Below, piece after piece: positions 36,713 through 51,485 of a stretch of 64,000 nt of DNA. The stretch comes from Hemiscyllium ocellatum (taxonomy: Eukaryota): positions 13,461,849-13,525,848 of the forward strand of contig NC_083453.1 of NCBI RefSeq assembly GCF_020745735.1, written 5' to 3'. The position numbers were made by a program, and so were the translations under genes. The notes under the pieces were generated by a model that made no database searches, was not told the DNA's origin, and worked only from the letters and a program-made list of their open reading frames with translations. Each line of letters opens with the position of its first letter. Position 1 is the first letter of the stretch.

Positions 36713-39700
36713 CCACCCCTAAACAACATGGCTGTTGTTCTGTAAGTGACTCCGTTTTGATGCAGGGTCAAAGACCTGAGCTATTAAGCATATCTCCTTT
36801 TCTCCACAGATGCTGCCTAACCTGCTGAGTATTTCCAGCCTCTGTTTTCTTTATTTCAAATTCTTGCTCTTAGTTAAGCCAAATGTGGAAGGTGCCAAGC
36901 AGATACAGAAGGCAGGTCATCAGATTTAATACTCTTCCTTAATCAGAACTGTATTTGTGTAATTTCCAGTACTTGAAATGCTCATTTATCATATTATTTT
37001 TGTTACCACTCCCAATTCAGTTGATCTGTGACGGGTAAGAACCAAAGCACAGACTATTTTGATGTTCTTTCATTTGGCTCAATATTTTGAAGAATATTAG
37101 TAAAACAGGCAACCAGTGCTGCAAACTGATCCTGTGTAAATTGAAAGGATTAATTATATATTTTGTATATAATGTTTGCTATGCTGTGTTTGACATTTTT
37201 TAAAAAGTTGTGATTATGCTTAGAATGTTTCAACTGATACAGGTCTCCAGAACAGTAGAGCTTACAGTCCCAAGTGTATACTTCATTTGAAATGAGATAA
37301 AAGTCTCTGCATTTATTTGTATGGGATCCTGTAAAATGTAGAACAATAAAAAACATTTTAATTTAAGAGTAAGCTTCCTGTCCAGTCCTCATTCATTTTT
37401 AAGTGCACATTTAAAATAGTTGGTGAAAGATTTTTTTCTTGTTGATTTTTAAAGTTGCATTTATGAGTCCTTAAGTAATGTCAGTTGAAGGACCAGTTGA
37501 CTGTGTTTGTTGTGTCTTAACACAGGTAAGTCTGACTTCAGGTTGAGAATGCAGATTTGACTTAAATTTTGTTTAATTCTTCTATGAAGGATGCTTGAAG
37601 GCTTTATTATGTTAAAGGTGATATGCAAATTCAAGGGTTGTTTTGTGTAAAATAGCTAAGTGAGCTATTGGGTGACCTTTTTCTCTCATTCACTTGCTTG
37701 AAGGAAATAAATTTTTCTATTAAGGACAGGCATTTTAAGAAAAAATAGTGCAAGCAATGCCACCTTAGTCTCATGTGTTACTTTCAGTTTTAAGCTAGGG
37801 GAGGCAGCTGCATTCCTACATGGAAGAACTATGGTAAAGAAGTGTCTTGCACTTCATAATACTGTACCTTGATCATTTGCACTCTGGTAGAGAATAGGCT
37901 AGATGCAGCGGAATGACCTCTCCATTCTATGTCAACAATGTATCTCAATTCCAGTCTCAAAACACAGACACTGCTACCAGCATCACGCTTTCATTTCTAG
38001 CCCCAATTATATTCATTTATGCAGCCTTTTAAACATCTCTGTGCTTTGGATTTGGGCTTACTAGGATTTATACTAGCAATGTGGGAAACCAATCTGGCAA
38101 AACTAGAGAATAGATGTGAATAGATACAAATTAAGAAGCCAGCAATAAAATGACAACATTGTAAACTGGAGCTGCTAAAAGATGTTTGGCAACGTGTTGG
38201 TGCCACATGTGGATTCAACTGTGAATTGTAGCAGCCAGAGTCTGAATCTTGACTCTTCTTTCCTGAAGAAGAGAGAAACCTGAGGAGAGGTTACTCCAGC
38301 TTCCAGCACCTGATTATAAAGTAAGGTGCACAGATCACAGCAGGTTGCTCGTTTGCTGCCTCTTAACGCTGGGACTTTGCGTAGAGTGGGGAAGAGGAGG
38401 GAAATGTAGCGCCTAACAAGGAATAAAAGTAAATTGACTGATTTTGAGAACTTTATGCAAATAGGGTTTATTTTCATTTTTGTTTTTTGGCTATAACCCT
38501 TGTAGATTTTGGACTTTCTAATTGTAGGTTGGCACCTGAAGTGGGTCAAGTACAAGTCGCTTCACTGACCCACTTGGCACAAAAGATTAAATACAACTCA
38601 TGTTGTGTGGGATTTATTTTTTTCCTTTTTTTTGCTTATGTCTACAAGTTACAAACACGGGCAAACATGAAGGAGGTTTTAAATTTTACATTTAACTTCC
38701 TATAGTAACAACTAAAAACAGTGCACAAACTAATATAAACTGCAAAGCCTAGTACGTACATAATTATGTGGTGCTTACGAAGAGTTGGTATTGTGTTTCT
38801 GTAACTTGTAGAAAGAAATCAAATTTGGTCACTTTTTGGCAATAATGGATTAGAGCATGTCTGTGAGCTAGTATTTTTTCTTAAAGCAGACAATAATTAG
38901 TTAAATAAGACTCAAAAATCCCATCCTGTAAATATAACTTGGGCTTGAATTTAATAATGTTCCACGTTGACTACGGGCAACACAATCAAATCACCTGCCA
39001 AGTTCTTTTCCAAGTGCTGGGTTGGATGAGGAAGTTCTATAACAGCATCTCATTAACCACCTTTCGTACATAGCTCATGATAATTGCAGCAAATCTGCAT
39101 AATCTGTTTAATGTTTCTTACAGACCACTTGCTCCTTTTGACATCTTACTAAAGAAGACAAGAAACTAATTCATTGTAATGGGATATTTGAACAGCTTAA
39201 TTTGTAGTCAGTCCCAATAGGATTTTGATTTTTTTTTATTGAATGGATATGTTGTTTTGAAGGGTCAAAACTGTAGATCTTCAATAGCTGTGCTTTTGAA
39301 ATACTTCCAGAGATGATGTCTTTGAACAAAATACATTCCCTTCTAAAGCAATCTACAAAAGCTGAAAAAGAAAGTTTAAGCACTAAGCAATTTAAAGAAA
39401 TTCAAATGAATGACATGCTTAAATGGGTATAGCATTGTCAATTCTATGCAAAATTTGAGGTAAAGAGGTATCCTGAATCCTTAATTACACCTTGAGTACT
39501 TGACTTTTAAGAATGAAAAGTTTTATTTCACTTGCCATTTTAAGTATACCTCGGTTTGATGTTATGACTTCAAGAAATTTAATCAGAATTAATGTTAACT
39601 TTCATTAGAACAACACTGCCACTGTTCAAAGTATATTCATTCAAATATGTTGTCTTAATGGTACCACAAAAATGCACTGTTAACAACTGCAGCATCACTC

Positions 39701-42137
39701 CCAATTCAAAAAATAAGTTGAAAGACCAAAGTGATTACACACAAGGAGTTGCTCTCAAAGGACCAACAAAAGTCCAAATTGTTTGCCCATGAATACAAGA
39801 ACTGATCCTAGTAAGAGTGGCAATGTTAAATTGATATTTTATTTCAGGTGACTGGGGGTGGGTTGGTGTGGTATAGAAATCTTAATTCCAAAATTAATGA
39901 GGGCAGTATACTCATTCTTCTAAAAGCAACTTCCTATATTCCCACCACAAAGCGCAAGTCTCAAAACAGCTTGTAAGAAATCCACATATGCAAACTCTAG
40001 TTCTAAATTTGGTTTAAATATTCCCCTGATCACTTTTTCCCAATTAGCAGTCACTCTAGCCTAAGGAATTTTTAATCAGGAACAAAACGGTATAGATTTA
40101 TCGGTGGATGTTACCTAGTAGGTATAGCATAATATAATGTGGAGTGTAAATATGGACATTATTCAGAGCTATTTTAATATAGCTGTTTATTTTCTCTCCC
40201 TCTTTCCTTCTGATACATGCTAATTCTTTTGACCTCAATTGAGAGGTCAGAAATTCCTGGGCTGCTATTTGGGTGCCATTAGTGCTATCCCAGTGATGTG
40301 AGGTAGAAGTATTCATCTCTTCTTCCACCTTGCAATGTAATTCAAGGGTCTCAACTAGCAGCTTCAGCAGAATGTGACAGAACTTACCCAAATGAGGACA
40401 GATGGGTTTGTAGGTTAAATGGGATTTGGAGTTACAGTTGTTGGGTTTGGGAGGCCAATGCACTACCACTTTAAAAACCCTGTACTCTCAACAGTGTTGG
40501 TATTGTAATTATTCAGTTTTCAAAATTTGTGTTTTAGTTTAGAGACAAAAATAGGGTCAACAACAGAAAAAAAACACAGTTGGACAGTAGCTTTGTTTGG
40601 CTGAAATACGCAGAACTGTTGTTGCTGTCTCCAATAGACCACAGTTAAATATCTGTTTCCTGGTGTATCAAGCTGAAAATTGACAACCCTGCAATTACTG
40701 AAGGGTTTGTTGGCAGATTTGGTGAAACTTTGTTTACATTGAAGGTTCTTTTTTAGTGGATTCAATGGCATTGTTAACTAATATATTTGAGAGTTTTACG
40801 GATGGTCATCACCATTTGGAACTTGCCCTGAATTTGTGAAACTCAGGTTTCTGAATCATTCTAAAACTTGAAATTTGGTTTTAACCGTCAAATCTAAAGA
40901 TGCACACTCCCATTCCTATCTACAAATTTTCATTACCTTCATTTTGAATAAAATATAATAATGTAAAATAATGTATTTGTTTTCTTCTATCTCTTTATCA
41001 ACTGATTATGTCAAACAGTGCTGAGTTTCTGTGAGTTCAGGGTTTTGAACGTGTTTAGATTTATAATTTCCAGATTTAAGTTGGTTTAGACACCAACTAG
41101 TTCATTTTCATGCAAGTGCAGCAAACAAGTATCTCAGGAATAGAAGCACTGGCACTTGTTCCATAAGAGAGATTTTTCTGTTGTTAGGAAATTCGTATTC
41201 AAATTTCAGACCCTCAAACTCTCAAGCCAAGGTGAGATACCAAAAAGGAAGAGACATGTCCAAAATCAGCTAATGCGTAGGCAACACAAAAATAAGTACC
41301 AAATCCAATCTAGGTTTTAAACTAAATTACCTTTTGTTTTTAACATTGCGTTTTTGTTTGCAATAACAAGATGATGTCAGACTATCCACAGCTTTTCATC
41401 TCCTAATAATTATTGTCCTAGTCTCACAGTTACTTTGCTACCTTTTTATAATCTGAGTTGTATTGCTCTAAAATGTAAATATTTTGTGAATATTTGAAAA
41501 AGCATTTCAGAAGGTTATATGATTACTTACTATAAACTACTTTGATGTGGTAGGGGAGGGACTGAAATTATGCTGCAAGTGACCGAACATTCATTGTAAT
41601 ATGATCTGTATGTCAGGAAGAAAAAATTACCACGAAACTGGCTTAATGGTAAAGTTCTCCAACATGATGACTTTGTTCTTTTGCAATTTTCCTTCATTAA
41701 TTAGTCACCTTTCAAAGCATACTGTTCATGTAGGGAATTGGGCGGGGGTATTTTAAAAATAAAACAAGTGAAATTAATTTTCATCAAAATCCATTCTACT
41801 TTGTAATGGCAGATTTAACTAGTCATATCTGACTTTCACTGCTGATCTTCACTAATATTAAACTTTGTTTTTCATGAACTTCAAAACTTTTTTTTAAAAA
41901 AAAGTTCTTTTTCCAATCAAAACAACCTACTAGATGATATTTCAAGCATAAGAATCTATAAGTAACAAACATTCTAAAAAAGCAGATTATAAGTTTAATG
42001 TAAAGCATGGTCAAAAAGGTTCCTGTTGATAACCCATTTCTAAATGGGCTTTTTGCCAATTAATGAGTGGATTATTACATTCAAATCCTTGAATTTAAAG
42101 AATCTTAGGAACAAATTTGAGTAATTTATCTTAATTA

Positions 42138-42470
42138 GGCACAGTGCTCCATGGTTAGCACTGCTGCCTTACAGCACCAGGACCCGGTTCGATTCCAGCC
42201 TTGGGCGACTGTGCAAACTCCACACACACATTCTCCCTGTGTCTGCATGGGTTTCCTCTGGGTGTTCCTGTTTCCTCTCACAGTTCAAAGATGCTCAGGT
42301 TAGGTGGATTGGCCATGCCAAATTGCCCATAGTGTCCAGGTATGCGTAGGTTAGGTGGATTAGCCATGGGGAATGCAAGGTTAGGGTTGGGGGTGGGTCT
42401 GGGTGGGATGCCCGTTTGGAGGGTTGGTGTGGACTCTGGGCCGATTGGTCTGCTTCCACACGCTAGGAAT
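42138..42470 (+). mobile_element. HE1/V-SINE-type SINE downstream of the MIP stop codon
   Basis: A/B boxes and core; small internal inversion (tgtgcaaactccacac). Confidence 0.8.
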
Positions 42471-42671
42471 TTTATCTTCATTTTTTTTCAAATACCTTCC
42501 TGTCTGTACAGTAAAATGTGGATATTGCATCTGATCTATAATTCACTGCTTGGGACGTTAACAGCATTCATGTTCTTTCAAGCACACTTTCAGTAACAAC
42601 AAAGTAAATTTCACAATGTCACTTGATGATAGGATAGTTCTTGTTGTAAACTCCTTTCTTAAAATTACTTT

Positions 42672-42857
42672 TTATAAGGCTTGTGTTTTGAGTTCGATGG
42701 GCTCACTCCTAGGTTCTTGTTGCCCCTCAGCTTCTGGAGGGTGAGCTCCTTTAAGAATAGCCAGTCTCTCTGAAAGACCTCTCATCCTGGGGAAGAGGAT
42801 AAAGTCATAAAGCAGTGCTGCTATAGCACCTCCTATGAGAGGACCTACCCAGAATAC
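42672..42857 (-). CDS. MIP: MIP / aquaporin-0 exon 4
   Basis: [37 protein letters not shown]...[10 protein letters not shown], the AQP0-type C-terminus. Total 263-264 aa depending on which Met initiates. Confidence 0.96.
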   Translation of the reverse strand, partial: VFWVGPLIGGAIAALLYDFILFPRMRGLSERLAILKGAHPPEAEGQQEPRSEPIELKTQAL

Positions 42858-44060
42858 CTGCAAAAATAAAGAAATAAGAACAGAGTTGAGACAAATGATA
42901 TTATCTTATTTGAATTGAGCACTTTTCCTCTATCTTTTTATATTTGATAGTAGCACACTGTTGTACTATGGAAACATTAAGTTCAGGTCAGATCCTGTCC
43001 AGATGTAAACATTTTCCTGCAAGGGTCACTTCGTGATCAGGGGAAATTCCAGCTACGTTTCTTCATCACTGGTTTGAGGATGCCTGACACCCTGCTTGCA
43101 ATCAGCCAACTTGGCTTAAGCCATACAACTTAATGATCTGAGTGGTGCAGTAGCTACCATGAGTTAAGCATTTTTAATGTGTTTTACACAGGTTTTGCAC
43201 AGTACAGCAATGGTGTGCAAAGTCTGTGTAATTGCATCCATTTGGTAGACTATTGAAAAGAAGCAGCTGTAAAAACCAGGATGCTTGTTCCTTTCCTCAC
43301 CCAGAAAAAGTAAGGCTTTCTGATTTCCTTCCCCATAGAGTCACACACTTCCTATGCTTGCTTCTGGATTGCAAGTTACAACATTGCAGTTTCTCCAGGT
43401 AAAATCTGCCTTTTTCACTGCTTTAGAATGTACAGCTGTATTTTTTTTAAATTATAGAGCTAATAAGTTACCTTTCTACAAGATCCAGTGAGATGTTTTC
43501 TTTTCTCATGTCAGTTTTTATAAATTATCTAAATTAGATTGTTAATGACAATTTGTGTTGAATTAGGGAGAATTTTACATCTTAATTAGAACATAAATCC
43601 CTCTTTAAGAGTTTAAAGCTCAGGAGAGGCCATTTTGCCTTTTAAAGTAGTCTTTCAGGTTACTTGGGAATCCAGAATACACTTAAAGAATATTTCAAAC
43701 AATAGCTCAAAACTGGTACGCAGGGACTTACTGGAACTTTTGAAATTTCTGAATTGATGCATTTTCTAAACTGATGCAATCGCATGTGCAACCTCTTATT
43801 GAGTATGAGATAAGATGCAAACAAGGATAAATAAAATAAGTACTGTGTCTCCTTTGTAATAACCTTGTTGACCTGTGTCCAAGGAGTCCTTGGTCATGAG
43901 TTGGAATAATGGGCAACTTTGCAAAGTTCTTGGGGTTACAAAAGTCACTATAGTTTCTAACTGGTTGCCTGGTTAATAATTGAAGAAATTAACAGCCTCA
44001 TGTTATGTGTTCTTTGTTCAGCATCCCACTGTATTTTAGTTGAATTTTGTTTGTTCTTAC

Positions 44061-44141
44061 CCAGTGGTTTCCAAAGTTTCTCGTAAGTATGGCTGGTGCA
44101 AAGGAACGGGCTGGATTCATTCCACATCCTGTATAATACAG
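44061..44141 (-). CDS. MIP: MIP / aquaporin-0 exon 3
   Basis: [27 protein letters not shown]; 81 nt, second NPA motif, flanks ttattcAG / GTaaga. This frame is not in the ORF track. Confidence 0.96.
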
Positions 44142-44803
44142 CTGAATAAAAAGAAGATAGGCATAATTTCAAATCTTTTTGAACATTAATTCATAAGATA
44201 GATGTTAATTTACAGCTGAGCACTCCATTGATGAATCAAATTTAATTTCCTGTTTTAATTTCAACTGTTAGTGTTCACCGAAGTATGTAAAGAGAAAAGA
44301 TCATTGGCCAATCAAACCAAATTCTTCCAGTGGACCATGAAGTCTAATTTGATTTTTTTTCACAACTATCCATTTCTTTCTGATAATGTACTATGATAAA
44401 ACTTCCAAAAAAACAGTTGAAATTTGAATTGCCACAGTAAAAATTTATTGAAATTGCCCAGAAGAGGTTGACACAAGTATAATGGCAAACTGAGTGTAAT
44501 AATCGTCTTTGCTTGATGTTCATATATGTGTACCTTTTGGCGTAAGTTACTGAATAATGATTAAGAGCATGACCCCTGGGTAATTTATCTCCCCTTCCTA
44601 GCCCAGAGTGGGGACTTTGGTCTATTTTAGAACCTAAGTTGTGCCCTGTCTGGGATAGGCTAACTCACTACACACTGGGTGTCTTCTTGGTCTGTATAAC
44701 AGAATGTCACACCAAGTAATAGTACATAAGTTTGGATAGTGCGCATTTACCTTGTTTAGTCTAGTTTCGACTCTATTTTCGATTTATAAAGTTGCAGACT
44801 TAC

Positions 44804-44968
44804 CCCAAAGAAATGACCCACAGTGAGAGAAAAACCAATGATGATAGCTGCTGAGCCCATAAATCCATTTCTGCGAATGTCTGTTGTGGCAAAAATACAG
44901 AGAACGAACTGAAGAGTAAGGAATATCTCCACAGCTGTACCCTGGCCCAGACCCACTCCAGCATGCAG
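44804..44968 (-). CDS. MIP: MIP / aquaporin-0 exon 2
   Basis: [55 protein letters not shown]; 165 nt with AG/GT flanks, phase 0. Confidence 0.96.
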
Positions 44969-47594
44969 CTAAAGAATTAAAAAGAAATGGAAAATCATAA
45001 CAACAGACTAGAAATTAATTTAGGAAATATTTACAGATTTCATTGATTTTGTTAGCAAACAAAAATATTCTATAAACTGCATAGAGCCATAAAATTTTAA
45101 AGCCACCTCCTTTCCCTTGTGTATTTGGGGTGAGTCCATTTTAGGGTTTGAAAACCAACTGAAACCACAGGCATTTTAACATTTTAATGGGTGCTATATG
45201 ATAGAACAGAGTGCAACTTTGGAAAAGTGACTCAGTCAGAACTAATAATGGTTGCTCATTAAGTGTCATTCTTTTAGAGTCAAACAATCACTTATTCAAA
45301 TTATCCTCAATTAGATTATTTTACTATGAGAATCAAAATCACTCTTATTTATTTTTCCAATCTTCTTGACATCACATTACGACTTCCTTTGTGAATCAAA
45401 TACCTACTAAACAACTGTCTATTGAGCTGTGAATTATCATTGAATTTTTGTGTCTATCAAATTGAAGGAAATCAGTGCTGGATAGATAATGCAACTGTTC
45501 CACTTTTGGAATTGGTGTTAGCTTCAAACAGTTGGGTAAAACCAAAACTGCCTCTACTTTACCGTAACTGTGTGTTTTTTTTCTTCAAGCTCAAAAATGC
45601 TTGTATCACACCAGTTGTAAGGTTTTCATTTTCCATGAACTACTTTTCCATGACTTCTGAGTGAGAGTGGAAATTTGTGCCAAACTAGGTATAATTCTGA
45701 TTTGTGGAACCATCTTCATATGGAATAGAATGAAACCACCCAAACTGGTTTCAGATATGGTTCTGTAGGTTGCTAGTCATGATTTTAAAAAAGGAAGCTT
45801 TGTGAGGTGTGTATGGTGGGAGGGGGGAATATAAATAAATTAAAAAGGTAATGCTTTAACCTACCTCCCATCACGAAGAGAGTTGAATTATGATCTTCCA
45901 CAACTGTAAGAAAAATCTATGCCTGTGAACTTAACACTGGAATAATGTATTACATAATCTAGGGTTTTCTTCAGCTTATAGGAGACTTAAATCATCTGAG
46001 AATTCAATCACAATCATGGTGAAATTTGACCAAAAATCTAAAGTTTATTTTTTAAAAATAACTGCCCTCTCTGCAATCCTGGTCATTTCCTATTTTCCAT
46101 TTACACCACAAAACAGTCTTGAAGAAAGGATGCATAGTTTTCTAGTTGTGCTAAAGGTTAACATTTTTCTACAACTGATATCAAACATCAGTCGTAACTC
46201 TAATTATTCTTCACTCTGTTCTGTTGCATATTCTACAACGTTTAACTTTGTAAGAATAGGAAATGAAACAAAACACTTTTTTTTGAAAATGAAAGCTGGT
46301 CAAATGTTGACTATGCACACTTTCAGTATATTAACAGTCACATTTATATATGTCATTAGTTTGTTGTGCATGTATCACACAAATGTTTTGCCATTGTCAC
46401 AGGAGACTCAACCCAGTTGTAAATGTTTTGCTTTCTTGGCTGATGATCTGAGATACCAGACAGCCCCTATAAAATGCTTTATTCTAATAAGTTATTTGCT
46501 ACAGTAAGCAGTTCATAGCAGGAATCCATGGCATGTTGAATTGAAAATCCCAAGTGATCAATATATATAAAATGAAGACTCACATTTTCCTAATGCTTTA
46601 ATATATACATAAAAAATCTGTTTCAAGTACAGTGCACCACTACTAAGTCCAGTCCCTAATATGCAAGCAAGTACATAGAAAATGATGAGCGATCAGTTAA
46701 TCTTTTTGGGTGGAGTTAGTTGAGGGAGAATGCTGAATAAATGTGGAGAATCTTTGAATAATGCTATGGAATTTTATTGTCCGCTTAACACCAGAATAAG
46801 TACATGGACCATGTGTTTTGAAGAATTGTCCTCTTTTTGTAGTCATTCAATCTAAGTGTTTGATCTTGAGGGATGGGGGAGAGGGGAGAATGGATTTCAG
46901 TTAATGATCTTGTGGGAAGTGTCCTTGTCCGAGTGATCGATCATGCATTGCATCCTATACAGCTTAATGGTAAACTATGCAATTGAGCCCTGGCAAGCTG
47001 CCAATTGATTTTGCATCCTGTAATTGGTGAACCAGTGCATGTAATCCTTCCCAGGCTAGTGCCAGTTCCGTCTAGTTGTCTTGGATTATGCCTTGATCGT
47101 TGGCATACCAGTGGTTAATTATGTGTTCAGCTTTTAGCGCAGACTTAGAGACCGCCATTGGCCTTCTCTCTGAAACAGGCAGGTAGCTGAAGGGGAGTGA
47201 ATATTCGTCTGAATCTTAGGAGTGGAGATGTTGCAGAATTATAGCACATTTTCCTGGTACTCGAGAATGACTTGTAATGATTGTGGCCAATTTACATTTT
47301 AATCCCCAAATATTCAAAGCTTCGACTTACCAAAATCGAAACCTAAAAGCATCTTGAATACTTATTCAGATGGACTATCACTGAAAATGTTGAAACTAAA
47401 AGATAATACTTGATGTGATTGAACTACTTCGGTTAAAAGATACTTGTCATATCCTTATATCTTCCAACTCCATGTCAAAATGTTTCCTATATTGCAAACT
47501 ATTCTGAACTCAATTGAGTTAGTACATCGGCAAATGCAGGAACAACTTAATTCGCATCAAAATTTTACACAAAAATGACCAATTACTAGTAATT

Positions 47595-48530
47595 TTTTGG
47601 CGCACAGCAATAAGAGTGATTGCTAGCCGGTCTAGCTTAGTCTCTTTTCGCGTGCAGTCAAATCCTACCACTACAACTCCGATCAATAATTACTTAATTG
47701 GTGTTGCTGATGATTTGTACAGTCCAAGAACACCAAATCAAAAATTGGATCAGTCAAGAGTTAGCTTGCTTTGTTGTTTTGCGCGCAGGAGGATTCCGTA
47801 AAAGGTGAGATCCCTAATCATCTGATCTCTCTTGGTGGAGTTTTACCCACAGCAAGTTTGCAGGAACTGCCATGTGATCACTGCCCATGTGGCTTGTCGC
47901 GTACAGTAAGGTCCGGCGAGCAGAAATGCGATCACGGGCTGACTTTCCGTGACGTTTTGCACACAGCAAGATTCCACGGAGCGAACGTTAGGCCAGTGAC
48001 TACTGAATTCGCTTTGGTGTTTCCCATACAGCTGGATGTCATTAAAAAAGTCCCATTAATGACCACTCTGGTCTGTTTACGTGAATGTTTGCGCACAGCA
48101 AGATCCCATCAAAGAGCGACTAGTTAACCAATCGGCACTCCCCTACTCAGCAGCATAAACCGTCCCGCGGGTTTGTCCTGATCAGTGTAAAACAAAAAGC
48201 ATCGGCAATGCACTTAGTCTGTTTTAGTGACGTTTGCGCACAGCAAGATCCCACTGAATAATTCCCCCCCCCCCCCCCCCAATGACCACTCTCGTCTGCT
48301 TTAGTGATGTTTGCGCACAAGATCCCATGAACAGTCCCACGAATGATCACTCTAACCTGTTTTCGTGACCCTTTGCATGCAGCAAGATCCCAGCAACAAC
48401 AATCCGATCAGTAGCCAGCTAATCTGTTTCGGTGTTTTGCGCACATTCAAATCGCACGAACAGCAAGCAGTGAATCAGAGGCCCCTTACTTTGTTTTGGT
48501 GCTAATTTGCATACAACAAGCTTCCAAAAG
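47595..48530. repeat. Degenerate ~65-bp tandem array in MIP intron 1
   Basis: About 14-15 recurrences of tttgcgcacagcaagatccca-like cores (e.g. 47600, 47780, 47957, 48089, 48234, 48312, 48374, 48438, 48507). Confidence 0.8.
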
Positions 48531-51485
48531 CACGACTGAGATTAGTGACCTATCTTTGCTCTTGGTGGGTTTGGTACTATTGGTTGAGAATGGAATATTG
48601 CCCAGGTCACCAGCAGAGTTCTACTCTTCAAATATCGAACTGGGATTTGTTCGTTTCTACATCACACGATCTGTCATTGCCACTGAGACATACACTAACA
48701 TTTGCGAGTGAGTTGTCACTTTATTTTATCATTTGCGTCCATAATGTGAATACACTGACTTGAATTGCAGCCGCTGTCCATGCTCACCTTGATGAGCTAT
48801 TACTCAGATTGCAGCTTTTACTCCAGATGCTAAATGGGGCTGCTGCCAACAGTAACGTTTCCTGGAGAAAGCAATGCTTGTGCATTTGCTCTATAGCAGG
48901 GCAAATGTGTGGATTTTACTGTATTTGAAACCGCCTGATTTTCCTCTTTCCCCCCCTCGCCCCCGCCGAGTTATTCTGACCGCGATATCAGCATCTGGAC
49001 AATGCACCGGCCCACTTAATCCGTTTTGCAAATCTTGGAAAAATACCCAATATCCTTTTTAGACTTGACACCAGTTTGGGAGATCGAAACCATTCACTCT
49101 GGATTGTTCAAACCTCCTGCCATGAAAATTCACCGTCCACTCCCAGCAAGATTTCATATATCAGTTAAAGCGTTAGGAAGGGGGTCGGTTTTCTTCACAT
49201 GCCCCGCTAGACGCAAATAAAATGTATCTGTTCACCAAGACCAAACGTTCAAGCTGCTACTGTAACATGCAAGTCCCAAAGCCTCATAGTAGGATCACTT
49301 CTGCGAACAATGTAAACGCCAAGAATATATGGGGAGCTTTTAAGTCAATCAACTTGTTACTCCAGAACTAGTAGCAATTCACAGCTGAGTTTTGCGTAGT
49401 TTTAAACTATTGCGTAGTTTTAAAAAACCTTACTTCCCTGCAATTTACAAGAATAAAAATTGCATGCGACAACCAAAACACCCTGTTCTGTCCTCCTTGC
49501 TAATATCTCAAATCAGCTGGAGGGTTTCATTAACCTTTGGGCAGATTTCTAAGACCCTGAAAATGTCCAGACTGGTACATTTAACCCACAGGACCTTTAT
49601 TGGAAATAAAATTCCTAGGTAACTGCGCCTGAGAAAAGTAACCCTGCAAGTACAGCTACAAGTGAACACATTCAATCATGCTATCTCAAGTATTAAAACA
49701 GAAATTAAGGCTTGTTAAAACGTATGACATTTCAGGAAACATCTATCAAATTGATGGGGCATTCTCAGGCTGTTATGTTGGATGCATCAAACAAATACTT
49801 ATCTCAGAAGCACTCAAATCAGCAAACATCTCAAAACACGCCAGATATTTAACTTAGCAATGATCAGAAATACTACTGTTCCTAATTTCAGTAATCGATT
49901 TTAAAAAGAAAATGCGCACCTGGTCTACGTTTGAGGGTTAACCGCTAAAATACAGAAACATGATTTTGTTTTCCTGTGCCACATTAGCCCCTAAAGAAAG
50001 CCTGGAGTTGGACAGCATTTTATGCATCGTCGAGCTCTCTTAGATAGGTTCATAGAAATATGCAGGAACAGGGGTGGTCTCACCCAGAATTTTAATGTAA
50101 TTTTCTAAATATATAGCTCATTTTGTTTTGATAAATACTAAAAGTGACAGATTTAAATGCGAATATGATTGGAAACGAAGTCTACCAAGACTTTGACCCT
50201 TCCTACAACTCAAGCTTCGTTAAAGTTCTGTCTGTTTTCACCTTGTTGATTATATTGCCGAACTTCCTGCCTTTTCATCGCTCAATCAACTTCACTGGAT
50301 TTAACGGGATCGATCAGTCAAGGAGATCCACACAGAGAAAACCTGACTACCGTTCCATTTTTTATGTTTTTATTTATCTTACATTATTGCTAGGTTAGAA
50401 TCAGAAATAAATTATCTGTACTTTTCAAAACTTCGGTTGATTTGTCAAGAAATCACATTCTTGGCTAAAAATTGCCGTGTTTACGAATTTTCAGAAAATG
50501 GCGAACTTCTTAAAATGTTGAATGATTTATTTGCATTTCGTGAGGAAAATCTCTTAATTTTGTTACGCTTAATTCCCAGCGGTAGGTAGATTCCCAAATT
50601 TTCCTCCCTAAAGTTCAGGCTGACTCACAATTAAGACGTTTGTTGAATGCGTTCTGGAGAGCAGCATTCCAGCTTCATTCAACACCTTTAAAAGTGTATA
50701 CAGCAAAATGCAGCCATACTGATTGATTATGTGCACTCGCCGCTTTGACTCACAACAGACGAAACAAATACCTATTCAAAGTTGGAATGATGCCGTTTTA
50801 AATGACCAGAGATTTGTAAAGCCAGCGGAGCAACTTCCATCCCGGCACTTCAGATTAATATTCTTTTTGAAAGCTTTCAAGCACCAATTTACCGGGTTTG
50901 GTCGCATATTTCGCTGTCATTACACGTACTGCATTAATTTCCACATCACTTCTTTAAAAAAATTATGCCGGCTGGAATATTGCAATATGATGCTTTATTT
51001 CCCTATTCAAATCAAATAAAATTTAAACATCCTCGCATTAACTAGTTCAACGAAAACGTTTTAACATAGTTCCAGATGTATTTTATTTCAAATATTAAAT
51101 GATCAATTCGATAAAGTTTAGATTTTACAGCGGTTCAATTTGATTATATAGGTTCTCGATTAATGTGTCTCGTATCTTTATACTTTGAAAATTGCGTTAG
51201 TTAATATTACCCCAATTCATTCTCAAAGATGTTTCATACTCAAGCCCGTTGTTTCAATAAATGAAACTTTTAGAAGTACTATTTATGGTCTCTACACGCT
51301 TACACCATTATATTTTTTGAAACGCCTTTCGAAACTCTGTTCATACTTTGACTTTCCAAGACATTAACTATTTTTCTATTTAATACTCGCTTTCAAAATA
51401 AGGATTTTGTTTTTTTTCTTCCCCCTCCAGATTCATATTTTAAGCTTTTTTCTCCTCTTAAGTGTACGTTTACCAACATATTTAC

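Noticed and set aside
40296-40320. tgaggtag let-7-like seed (also near 28961 and 58858)
   Set aside because: The match does not extend to a let-7 mature sequence and no precursor hairpin is evident.
37900-40500. Possible additional gene (e.g. another aquaporin) between ZC3H10 and MIP
   Set aside because: There are only isolated splice-like signals, with no NPA motifs or recognisable coding homology.
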